Origin: Candidatus Cloacimonadota bacterium
GTDB lineage: Bacteria; Cloacimonadota; Cloacimonadia; JGIOTU-2
NCBI GenBank assembly: GCA_049903315.1
Contig: JBNGBT010000008.1
Location: forward strand, 1-64,000
Length of the DNA: 64,000 nt
Reading direction: 5' to 3'
Shown: one piece after another, positions 52,184 to 60,878 of the stretch
How positions within the stretch are numbered: position 1 is the stretch's first letter
Layout: each line of letters begins with the position of its first letter
Position numbers and translations under genes: made by a program
The notes under the pieces: generated by a model
Database searches by the model: none
The model's input: the letters and a program-made list of their open reading frames with translations, nothing else
Told to the model about the DNA's origin: nothing

Positions 52184-52196
52184 GATAGGGGATTAT

Positions 52197-52240
52197 GAAA
52201 AATCAGGGAGGTATACGTTATAAAACTATACCTCCCAGAT
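52197..52240 (-). terminator. Stem-loop terminator/attenuator between pilin and pilC
   Basis: GGGAGGTATA...TATACCTCCC inverted repeat followed by TGATTTTT on the minus strand. Confidence 0.75.
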
Positions 52241-52262
52241 ATTACATTAAATAGAAATACGA

Positions 52263-52685
52263 TTAGTTATCGATAACCATCGCAACAGGGTCCGTGGAAG
52301 TGGCAACAACAGTGGCAGTAATTTTTGTGTTAGTAGCAGAGCTATTACCCGGTTCAGTACCAGTTCCAACAATTGTGATTGTACTCGCGTTCGTACGGGT
52401 GAGTGTATAGGTGCCGTTGTCATTGGTGTATGTATTGTCACCATTAAATCCAATCCATACAACAAGTGTGTCCATAGAAGCTTCGAATGTTCTTCCGCCA
52501 CCACCATGTGATGTAGGGGTTTTGTAATAAGCGATCATTTGAGATGCAAAGTTGTTTGCATCTGCAACCAAAGCTTGACGGTTAGCATTTTGTGCCTGGG
52601 TATTAAACATTGTAATACCTACTGCAACGGCAATACCTACGATAATAACGCTCAATACGATGAGCAGAATTTGTTGAGTTCCCAT
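52263..52685 (-). CDS. Probable major pilin, non-canonical (leaderless)
   Basis: 140 aa; AGGAGG RBS; MGTQQILLIVLSVIIVGIAVAVGITMF then amphipathic helix and beta-rich head; own promoter and terminator; first gene of the pil cluster. Confidence 0.8.
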   Translation of the reverse strand: MGTQQILLIVLSVIIVGIAVAVGITMFNTQAQNANRQALVADANNFASQMIAYYKTPTSHGGGGRTFEASMDTLVVWIGFNGDNTYTNDNGTYTLTRTNASTITIVGTGTEPGNSSATNTKITATVVATSTDPVAMVIDN

Positions 52686-52758
52686 GGGATCCTCCTGGGT
52701 TTTTTATTGTTCGTAACTTACAAACTTCACGTCTATAAAACAATTCATAATTTTATAG

Positions 52759-52774
52759 AACAAGTTTCGTGCCA
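52759..52774 (-). promoter_or_regulatory. Sigma-54 (-24/-12) promoter of the pilin gene
   Basis: Minus strand TGGCACGAAACTTGTT vs consensus TGGCACG-N4-TTGC(A/T); one mismatch at -12. Confidence 0.75.
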
Positions 52775-52883
52775 AAGTTCTAAAAGCTGAAATATAATAT
52801 TCAGAACTTACCAAGTGACCGATAGTTGTGTGCGAGAATTATTATAATTGAAAAATAATAGCCTATTTCAAAAACACAGAACG

Positions 52884-52932
52884 CGTAACAAAAAGATAAC
52901 AGAACCGCCATCGGCGTAATAAAAAAATGACA
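52884..52932. promoter_or_regulatory. Two tandem 18-bp candidate enhancer (bEBP) sites
   Basis: cgtaacaaaaagataaca (52884-52901) and cgtaataaaaaaatgaca (52915-52932), 15/18 identical, 31 bp apart, 110-160 bp upstream of the -24 box. Confidence 0.65.
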
Positions 52933-52938
52933 CGGATA

Positions 52939-55245
52939 CTATTTGTTTTCAAGAGCTTTTAAGAAGGATTTTGGGATTGTAATGCCTAATTTTTCTGCTT
53001 TTTGAATATCCTCTCTTGCATTATCATATTTTCCGAGAAAATAAAAAGACACTGCCCTTTTCTGATACAAAATACCGCAGTCAGGCTCAATATTGATCGC
53101 TTCGGTATACGATTGTGCTGATTCTGAAAATAATTTCTCTTTGCTTAAAATATCACCTTTGGTGATAAGAATTTCTATATTATTCTCTGCGAGAGAGATG
53201 GCTGTGTTAATGTCATTTATTGCCTGCTCAAAGTGCCCTATTTCAGAGTAAAGAAGAGCTCTCTTAATATAAGCATTCACAAAAGTATCATCAAGCAACA
53301 GGGCTTGATTGTAGTCTTCAAGAGCAGCAGCATAATTCTTTTCAACAAAGTTAACTTTACCTCGCAAATAATAGGTTTGCGATCTTTGAGGATTCAGTTC
53401 TATGGCTTTTGAAAAGTCATCTATAGCTTGAGAAAAGTTCCCAGTATCAAAATATAAGATGCCCCGATTACTATAAGCCATTTCATCATATGGATCAATT
53501 TGGAGAACCAGGTTATAATTTTCAAGAGCTATGTCATACCGTTTCATTCCAGCGTACGCAATGCCGCGATTAAGATAGGCTGCTGTGTAATTTGGTAATT
53601 GCGCAATAGCCTTATTGTAATATACGATAGCAGAATCAGGATTATCATTTTCTGCATATGTGAGACCAATGTTATAATAGGATTTAGGTTGGGAGGAGTT
53701 CAGTAATAGTGATTTCTTATAATCTTCCAACGCACTTACAACATCCCCTTTTCCTTTGAGTGCATTACCCCGATTGATATAAACTTCATAGTAAGATGGG
53801 TTAAATTCGAGAGCTTTATTAAAATCATTAAGCGCTTCTTCGTTTTGATCCGATTGCAAAAAAGAAAATCCCCTGTTATTATACGAAGACGCATCCTGGG
53901 GATTTATTTCAAGTGCACGATTAAAATCAATGATAGCCTTATCATATTGCTGCAGCTTATTATATGCAGCACCTCGATTATTATATGCAAAAGTGTTGGG
54001 TTTGCCATAGTTCAAAGCATGTGTCCAAAGTGAAAGAGAATTTTTCCACACTGGAATTTGAACAAAACCGGTGAGGATCGTAAAGCATAGAATTAAGCAA
54101 ATTGTCGGGACCCACACTTTTTGAGTTTTATACGTGCTAAGCAACCAGCCCACCACTAAGGCAATGCCGAACAAGGAGAAGTACATATACCTATCGGCGA
54201 CATTCGACCATTTTTGAAAGTTAAAGGATACTAAACCGAAAACAGGCATAAATCCTACGATAAATATAATCAGTGAGAGAAGTATAAATGAATTCTTTTT
54301 ATATAATTTTACTGCAAAGAACACAAGCAAGACAGGTATTACCCATTCGAGGTAAAACAAGAATTTCGATATAAGAGTCTGGAATGTCCTTGTATAAGTA
54401 ACAACTAAAGGATAGGGAATGAGCGTCTTCAAGAAATAGAAATTAATCGTATCCATCCAGATAAAAAAGCGAGACCAGAGCGGAGCAATTTCTGTATGAT
54501 AGGAAGCTGGTTGAACAAATCGGAGTATTAAAACAAAAGGGATGGTAGCGATGATGAACGGAATAATCTTTTTGAGGGAATGCCATAAATTTTCTTTAAA
54601 ATATAAAAAATAGATAAGGAATGCAAAAGCTGGAATCACAACAACTGAGGGTTTGGAGAGCATGCCCAAAACAAATAGGATAAGTGAATTAATATACCGA
54701 ATCGTGCAGCATCTCTTAGAAATACTCTTCTTTAAGAATTCATTTTTTATTAATATGTAAAGTGAAGAAAATCCAAAGAAGGCAGCAAGCAAACCCCGGA
54801 ATTCTGTGATCCATACAACTGGCTCAACCTGTAGAGGGTGAAGGATAAAAATCAGTGTCCCAAAGAAAGCGGACCATTCATTATTAATAAGCAATTTCAG
54901 GATTCTGAAAACGAAAAGTCCATTGAAAATATGAAAAAGAATGCTAAACAAATGAAAAGCAAAGGGATTAAATCCATCAACTCTTTGTCCCCAAGGAATA
55001 AGTGTGCCTATCTCTTTTATTAATGCCCATGCTGTATAAGGCATCGGAATGTACATTTGTGCATATGGCTTTGTCCAGAAATGAAGAACATTCTTGAAAG
55101 AAGTATATTGAAGATACCGATTCTCGATAAGATTAGGATCCTTATCATCCCACACAAATTCATAAGATGTGCACTGCCAGTAGACAGCAAGAGGGATCAA
55201 AATAAGCAGCAGGTAAATGAGTAATCGGGATTTCGACTCTTTCAT
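52939..55245 (-). CDS. TMTC-like GT-C membrane glycosyltransferase with long TPR array
   Basis: FVWDD, HPLQVEPVVWI, SKP, ADRYMY, WKNSLSLW; about ten AYxNRG-type TPRs. Confidence 0.8.
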   Translation of the reverse strand: MKESKSRLLIYLLLILIPLAVYWQCTSYEFVWDDKDPNLIENRYLQYTSFKNVLHFWTKPYAQMYIPMPYTAWALIKEIGTLIPWGQRVDGFNPFAFHLFSILFHIFNGLFVFRILKLLINNEWSAFFGTLIFILHPLQVEPVVWITEFRGLLAAFFGFSSLYILIKNEFLKKSISKRCCTIRYINSLILFVLGMLSKPSVVVIPAFAFLIYFLYFKENLWHSLKKIIPFIIATIPFVLILRFVQPASYHTEIAPLWSRFFIWMDTINFYFLKTLIPYPLVVTYTRTFQTLISKFLFYLEWVIPVLLVFFAVKLYKKNSFILLSLIIFIVGFMPVFGLVSFNFQKWSNVADRYMYFSLFGIALVVGWLLSTYKTQKVWVPTICLILCFTILTGFVQIPVWKNSLSLWTHALNYGKPNTFAYNNRGAAYNKLQQYDKAIIDFNRALEINPQDASSYNNRGFSFLQSDQNEEALNDFNKALEFNPSYYEVYINRGNALKGKGDVVSALEDYKKSLLLNSSQPKSYYNIGLTYAENDNPDSAIVYYNKAIAQLPNYTAAYLNRGIAYAGMKRYDIALENYNLVLQIDPYDEMAYSNRGILYFDTGNFSQAIDDFSKAIELNPQRSQTYYLRGKVNFVEKNYAAALEDYNQALLLDDTFVNAYIKRALLYSEIGHFEQAINDINTAISLAENNIEILITKGDILSKEKLFSESAQSYTEAINIEPDCGILYQKRAVSFYFLGKYDNAREDIQKAEKLGITIPKSFLKALENK

Positions 55246-55246
55246 A

Positions 55247-56842
55247 CTATTTTTCCTGTGATGCTTTTGCTAACGTTTTCATGAAATGGCTATTGACCTC
55301 TATGCCACGGATCTGCGCTTTACGAATTTCATCCCACGCTTTATCATATTCTTTAAGGTAATAATACACAACCGCCTTACTAATATAAGCAATTGCAAAC
55401 TCTGAGTCGATTTTGAGGACAGAATTAAAATATTCAAGGGCTTCATCAAAATTTTTCTGTCCGAGCAAGAGATATCCTTTTTTATACAAAGCTTTTGTAA
55501 AGCCAGTATCATAAGTTACAGCATTTTCAAAGTCCGCATTTGCCGCATCATACATTTTTAAACGCATGAAAGCGTTACCCCTATTATAATATGCATTTGC
55601 CTCAATAGGAGTTTTCTCAATACAATGGCTCCACAGAGTAAGATTATTTTTCCAAACTGGCACCTGGATCAATGCTGTGTCTGCAGCAAGAAGCGCAATA
55701 AGAGCGATTATCAAAAATTTCAAAGGTTTATAAGAAAAATATCTATACACTGCACCAACAAGTAGTGCCATTCCTATCATTGATATGTATATATATCTAT
55801 CTGCAACTGTTGACCAATTTTGAAAGATAAAGGGGACAAGTCCGGAAACCGGCAAGAATCCTATTATAAAAACGAAATATGCAAAACTTACATTCTTTAT
55901 TCTTTTACGATACGCAATAAGTAATATCAAAAAAATCAAAGGAATTATCCAGATGACGTAAGGCATCCAGGAAGAAAGAACGCGCTGTGTTGTACGTGCA
56001 TAAGAGGGAGAAAAGTTAAGAGGAATAAAAATTTTCTTAAGATAGAAAACAAGGGAGTCCATCCAGATAAAAAAACGCGAAAACAGAGGGACTTCATTCT
56101 TTAGAATAAAAGCAGGCTGGAATAATTTTGTGATGTACACGACAAAAAGCGATATGAAAATATACGGAATTGATCGCTTGATGATCTGTTCCAAACGAAG
56201 TCCCTTGAACATAAGTGCATAAATGAAAAAGATTGGAAAGAAAACAACTCCGATTGGTTTCGATAAAACAGAAAATAAAAATAGGACAATGCAAAGAAGT
56301 GTATCAAAAACATTTTTCTTGATTTGAGACAGCGATTTGTCTGCTGCAAGAAAAAACAGTAAACCCCAAAATGTCGAAAAGAGACCGCGGAACTCTGTCA
56401 CCATCGAAACCGCTTCAGCCTGGATGGGGTGAGCAAGGAAAATAAGTGTTCCAATGAACGCAGCAGAAGTATTTTTGAGAATTTTTCGTAGAAAATAAAA
56501 AACAAGAATGCAATTTATACAGTGAAAAAGCACATTAAAAAAATGGAAAAAAGAAGTATTAAAAGGAAATCCTGTTAAAAATTTACTGATTAATGTTATA
56601 ACAAAAATTGCAGTGTATGAGATTGGAATGTACATACCCTGATATGGCTCGGTCCAGAAGTGGAGAAGATTCTGAAATGAAAGTTTTTCTAGATAGGGAT
56701 TCTGTACAAGATGAGGTCCGTTGTCATCCCATACAAAATCATAAGTGAGAGTTTGTCCGTAGATGATAGATGTAAAAATGATCAGCAGGAGCACAAGAAG
56801 TGCAACAGAAGTTCTCTTTGTATCTAATGCACCTTTTTTCAT
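55247..56842 (-). CDS. TMTC-like GT-C membrane glycosyltransferase with short TPR array (paralog)
   Basis: FVWDD, HPIQAEAV, SKP, ADRYIY, WKNNLTLW; about three TPRs. Confidence 0.8.
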   Translation of the reverse strand: MKKGALDTKRTSVALLVLLLIIFTSIIYGQTLTYDFVWDDNGPHLVQNPYLEKLSFQNLLHFWTEPYQGMYIPISYTAIFVITLISKFLTGFPFNTSFFHFFNVLFHCINCILVFYFLRKILKNTSAAFIGTLIFLAHPIQAEAVSMVTEFRGLFSTFWGLLFFLAADKSLSQIKKNVFDTLLCIVLFLFSVLSKPIGVVFFPIFFIYALMFKGLRLEQIIKRSIPYIFISLFVVYITKLFQPAFILKNEVPLFSRFFIWMDSLVFYLKKIFIPLNFSPSYARTTQRVLSSWMPYVIWIIPLIFLILLIAYRKRIKNVSFAYFVFIIGFLPVSGLVPFIFQNWSTVADRYIYISMIGMALLVGAVYRYFSYKPLKFLIIALIALLAADTALIQVPVWKNNLTLWSHCIEKTPIEANAYYNRGNAFMRLKMYDAANADFENAVTYDTGFTKALYKKGYLLLGQKNFDEALEYFNSVLKIDSEFAIAYISKAVVYYYLKEYDKAWDEIRKAQIRGIEVNSHFMKTLAKASQEK

Positions 56843-56852
56843 AGAAAAGAGA

Positions 56853-58280
56853 TTATGAATTGTTTCGGAAAGTATTCACATCTATTTTGTGTTTATTGAA
56901 TTTTTCATAGAGATTTGGACGTTTTATACCTGACAGCTCTGCTGCTTTTGACACATCCCCACCACATTTTACCAGCAGCTTCTCGACGTAATTCTTTTCG
57001 AAGGCATCTTTAGCATCTGCAAAAGGAATATCTGTATGATTGTGCAAAGCCTTATCTCCGTTTTCATCTTTTTTCTTGTATACCGTACCGGGAAGATCTT
57101 CGAGCACTATCTTATTATGAGTTGCCATCGCAACCGCATGCTCAATAGTATTTTTGAGTTCACGAATATTTCCTTCCCATTCACAAGAAAGGAGTACAGA
57201 CATCACCGTATCAGAGATCTCGAGGTTTGGTTTATCATATTTTTCACCAAATTCTCGAACAAATGCATTCGTAAGAAGCAGAATATCCTCCGACCTTTCA
57301 CGAAGAGGTGGGATGTCAAGGCGGATGACATTGAGACGGTAGTATAGATCTCTGCGGAAATTGCCTTCTTTAACCTCTTCTTCAATATTTTTGTTTGTTG
57401 AAGCTATAACACGCACATCAACCTCAATGTCCATATCTCCACCAACCTGACGTATGGCACTTTTTTCCAGGACACGCAGGAGTTTAACCTGAAAAGTTTT
57501 GGTGGTTTCTGTTATTTCATCCAGGAAAAGAGTTCCGCCATCTGCCTCCTGAAAATAACCGACTTTATCTCTTATTGCATCAGTAAAAGACCCTTTTTTG
57601 TGACCAAAAAGCATACTTTCAAGAAGATTCTCCGGCAGACCGCCACAATTGACTGCGACGAATTTTTGGTTTTTTCTTTTGCTATTTCGATAGATAAGAT
57701 CAGCAAAAAGATCTTTACCGACCCCCGTTTCACCGGTTATAAGAATAGTTGTATCAAGAGGGGCGATCCTTTTGACTTTTTCCATGACCTTCTGGATCGA
57801 AAGGCTATTTCCGATGATCTGTGTCCTGTCAAATTCATGTGCGAGGATACTTCTTAAGCGCTTAATTTCTTCTTGCTGCCATTTAGTTTTGAGTATTTTT
57901 TTTATGATGATCTTGAGCAGATCAAGGTCTTCTACAGGCTTTTCTATAAACTCTTCAGCGCCGATTTTCATTGCTTCGACAGCCATACCTATTGAAGCCT
58001 TCCCGCTTATGACGATCACTGCAACATGGGGCCAGCGTTTCTTTATTTGAGTGAGAAGCTCGATCCCGTCAGTACCCGGCATTACCATATCAGTCATCGC
58101 AATATGAAATTTGTTATTTCCCAGCTTTTCAAGTGCTTCATCTGCCGAATGGGCGATGTCAATGTTATATTCATCTTCAAGGTGGCGGCGGAAAATATCC
58201 AAGGTATCCTGCTCATCATCGACGATCAGTATTTTGGCATTTTGTTTAAAAAATTCTGTCTGAAGTATTTCATTTTCCAT
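56853..58280 (-). CDS. Sigma-54-dependent response regulator (NtrC/PilR family)
   Basis: REC; GETGVGKD; ESMLFGHKKGSFTDA; GGTLFLDEI; FRRDLYYRL; WEGNIREL; Fis-type HTH. Confidence 0.95.
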   Translation of the reverse strand: MENEILQTEFFKQNAKILIVDDEQDTLDIFRRHLEDEYNIDIAHSADEALEKLGNNKFHIAMTDMVMPGTDGIELLTQIKKRWPHVAVIVISGKASIGMAVEAMKIGAEEFIEKPVEDLDLLKIIIKKILKTKWQQEEIKRLRSILAHEFDRTQIIGNSLSIQKVMEKVKRIAPLDTTILITGETGVGKDLFADLIYRNSKRKNQKFVAVNCGGLPENLLESMLFGHKKGSFTDAIRDKVGYFQEADGGTLFLDEITETTKTFQVKLLRVLEKSAIRQVGGDMDIEVDVRVIASTNKNIEEEVKEGNFRRDLYYRLNVIRLDIPPLRERSEDILLLTNAFVREFGEKYDKPNLEISDTVMSVLLSCEWEGNIRELKNTIEHAVAMATHNKIVLEDLPGTVYKKKDENGDKALHNHTDIPFADAKDAFEKNYVEKLLVKCGGDVSKAAELSGIKRPNLYEKFNKHKIDVNTFRNNS

Positions 58281-58283
58281 GTA

Positions 58284-60401
58284 TTAATTTTTCCTGTTGT
58301 TTAAAGGAAGAAATATTGTAAAAGTGCTCCCTTTATCGCGTTCTGAATGCACGGTTATATATCCGCCATAGCGTTCGGCTACGTTTTTACAGATCGCAAG
58401 CCCAAGTCCGAATCCGCCCTGTTCTTTTTCCTTTTTTGATGTGTAATAAGGTTCAAATATAGCAGTAAGGTATCTCTCTTCAATTCCCTCTCCGCTGTCC
58501 CGCACTTCTATTGCTACCATATCCGAGGTTTGATATGTGCGCACCCAGATATTACGTTCTTTACTATCATGCAAAGATTCTATCGCATTATTAACAAGGT
58601 TAGTAAAACTTTGGCTTATATCGCTATATACAGCTTTAACTGAGGGAAGATCAGCAGAAAGATCAGTTTGTAACACAACATAATGTTTAAAGAAGAGATT
58701 ATGTTTAAGAAGTTCGAGTTCTTGTTCGATGAGCAGGTTTATATCAATCGGCCGCATCATCGAAATATTATCCTGTTGAACCTTTCGTAAAAGTGTTTTG
58801 ACTGCATGAGAAATATTCTTGGCAGCATTAATAATTTTATCGACATCTTCATTATCTTTATAATCTTTTTTCACAAGTTGTGCATAACCGAGAATTGAAT
58901 TGAGTGGAGAATTCATATTATGTACGACGCCTTCTACCCGTCTTCCGATCTCAGCTAACTTATTGCTCTTTATGATCTCCATCTCAAGCGCTTCACGCGC
59001 CTTTTTTTCATTAATCTCGCGTGTGATATCTGTCATGGTTGCGACCATGCGCAAGCCGATAGTGTCATCAACCGCTTTAATATTGAGGATAACAAATTTT
59101 ACGAACTTCTTTATTCCTGGAAGATTTATTTCGAGACGGGGAAGGGTCAAGCTGTCCTCATGGGCTTTTGATATGAGGTTCTCATCCAACCGGATAAATT
59201 CTGAAAGGTTCTTACCGATAATTTTATCAGGAGAGATCAGTTCAAAAATATCCATCGCACTTGGATTGCAAATCAGGATGTTCATCTTCGAATCCATCCA
59301 CAGCACACCAATATCAATATTGTCAGTAAGGACTTTATATTCAAGCAAAGATTTGTGATATTCTACAAGGGATTTATTCATCGAGCTGAAAGCCGAAACC
59401 ATATTGCTGAGCTCGCCCCCATATTCGTCTTCAATATGTTCTATACCAAGGGGGTTCTTCTCAATCCTCTGCATTTTTTCGCTTATCTGTTTGACGGGTT
59501 GCATTATTTTTTTGGAGAACCAATTACTCAAAAAACTAACTATAACTAAGGTCGAAGCAGCAAGAATAAGAAAGAAGAAGAACATGCTCTGTTTATAGAA
59601 TTTATTAAACTCTCTCTCATAAAGATAAACAGTGAGCGATGCAGGATCATCGAAGATATTATAATTAATGAGAAGACCAACGGCAATTTCCCCACTTATA
59701 CGAATCACCGACTCATTATTTTTAGTTTTTAACACAGCGGGAAGTTTCTTTTCGAACTCGGGAAGAATTTTTTTAAGAACATCCTGCTCGGGATTGAGTG
59801 GTTTAGAGAATGGCAAAAGGAATATTTGGGGATTTTGAGCAATTCCTATATCGGAAGAAGTTATCTGGTTGACATTGAGAAGAAAGCCGAGAAATTTTTT
59901 CTTTTGGTCATTTTCAGAATAAAGTGGGAAGTAAGAGAAGTAATATATTTTGTTTGAAAAATTTGCAGAGAAGCCCTGTGTTGAATTCTGTTTTGCCAGT
60001 AAAAGCATTTTGGGGAGAAAGGATTCAACGAGTTCCCATTGCTCGCCATAGAGCACATTGCCTTGAGCATCGAAGAGAGCCATATATGTTGCAAAAGAAC
60101 GATCATCATATGATTTGAGTATTGTTTGGATCTCTGCAAAATCGCGACTTTCTACAGCAGAAGTAAGCACAGGATCATTTGATATTTCAGAAGTAAAATT
60201 ATTCAGGTTGTTGGTGTAATCGAGCTGAAGGGTTTTCAGCCCGGTAAGCATGCGGGAAATTCTCTCATATTCAAATTCTGAAATGCCAAATTTTGTAAGC
60301 TGCCAAATGCTGAATATCAAAAGGAATACAAGTGAAAATGTAAATATGAAATAGAGGGCTAATATCTGTTTTTGTAGTCCTCTTTTTTTCTTTTTCATCA
60401 A
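58284..60401 (-). CDS. Membrane sensor histidine kinase (periplasmic sensor-HAMP-PAS-HisKA-HATPase)
   Basis: 2 TM; HAMP; PAS; HNMNSPL; NLVNNA, DSGEGI, FEPYYTSK, GFGLGL. Confidence 0.92.
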   Translation of the reverse strand: MMKKKKRGLQKQILALYFIFTFSLVFLLIFSIWQLTKFGISEFEYERISRMLTGLKTLQLDYTNNLNNFTSEISNDPVLTSAVESRDFAEIQTILKSYDDRSFATYMALFDAQGNVLYGEQWELVESFLPKMLLLAKQNSTQGFSANFSNKIYYFSYFPLYSENDQKKKFLGFLLNVNQITSSDIGIAQNPQIFLLPFSKPLNPEQDVLKKILPEFEKKLPAVLKTKNNESVIRISGEIAVGLLINYNIFDDPASLTVYLYEREFNKFYKQSMFFFFLILAASTLVIVSFLSNWFSKKIMQPVKQISEKMQRIEKNPLGIEHIEDEYGGELSNMVSAFSSMNKSLVEYHKSLLEYKVLTDNIDIGVLWMDSKMNILICNPSAMDIFELISPDKIIGKNLSEFIRLDENLISKAHEDSLTLPRLEINLPGIKKFVKFVILNIKAVDDTIGLRMVATMTDITREINEKKAREALEMEIIKSNKLAEIGRRVEGVVHNMNSPLNSILGYAQLVKKDYKDNEDVDKIINAAKNISHAVKTLLRKVQQDNISMMRPIDINLLIEQELELLKHNLFFKHYVVLQTDLSADLPSVKAVYSDISQSFTNLVNNAIESLHDSKERNIWVRTYQTSDMVAIEVRDSGEGIEERYLTAIFEPYYTSKKEKEQGGFGLGLAICKNVAERYGGYITVHSERDKGSTFTIFLPLNNRKN

Positions 60402-60460
60402 ATTATGACAGAATTCTTACTCGTCCAAAAATAATAAATGCAAACCAATAACGGTTTGAA

Positions 60461-60859
60461 TTACAAACCGAGTATTTGGCTTACGGTTTTATGAAATTCT
60501 TCGGGTTCAACAGGTTTATCAATAAAAGCATCGGGTTCTGATCCAAGTGTGATACCCATGTCTTTTGCGTCATATCTCAGTCCGGTAGTTGTTGCGATAC
60601 CTGTAAGCATGATGACGGGAATATTTTCAGTAACATCTTTTCTTTTAAGCTCTTTAAAAACCTGAAAGCCGTTCATGACCGGCATCTGTACATCCAGTAT
60701 GATGAGATCAGGTATGATCGCTTCGGCTTTTTGTAATCCTTCAAGACCATTTTTTGCTGTCTCAATCTCAAAATCTCCAAGCTCGGAAAGCATTGCTTCT
60801 GAAAACGCAGTCGCGTCTGGTTCGTCATCAATAATGAGTATCTTTTTATTTTCTGCCAT
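60461..60859 (-). CDS. Single-domain response regulator
   Basis: GGAGG RBS before MAENK; IDDE, LDVQMP, MLT, KP. Confidence 0.92.
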   Translation of the reverse strand: MAENKKILIIDDEPDATAFSEAMLSELGDFEIETAKNGLEGLQKAEAIIPDLIILDVQMPVMNGFQVFKELKRKDVTENIPVIMLTGIATTTGLRYDAKDMGITLGSEPDAFIDKPVEPEEFHKTVSQILGL

Positions 60860-60878
60860 TATATACCTCCGGCGGTAA

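Noticed and set aside
37129..52685. Calling the locus a type II secretion system
   Set aside because: A PilT-family ATPase, a PilM-like domain and a separately promoted and terminated major pilin favour a pilus
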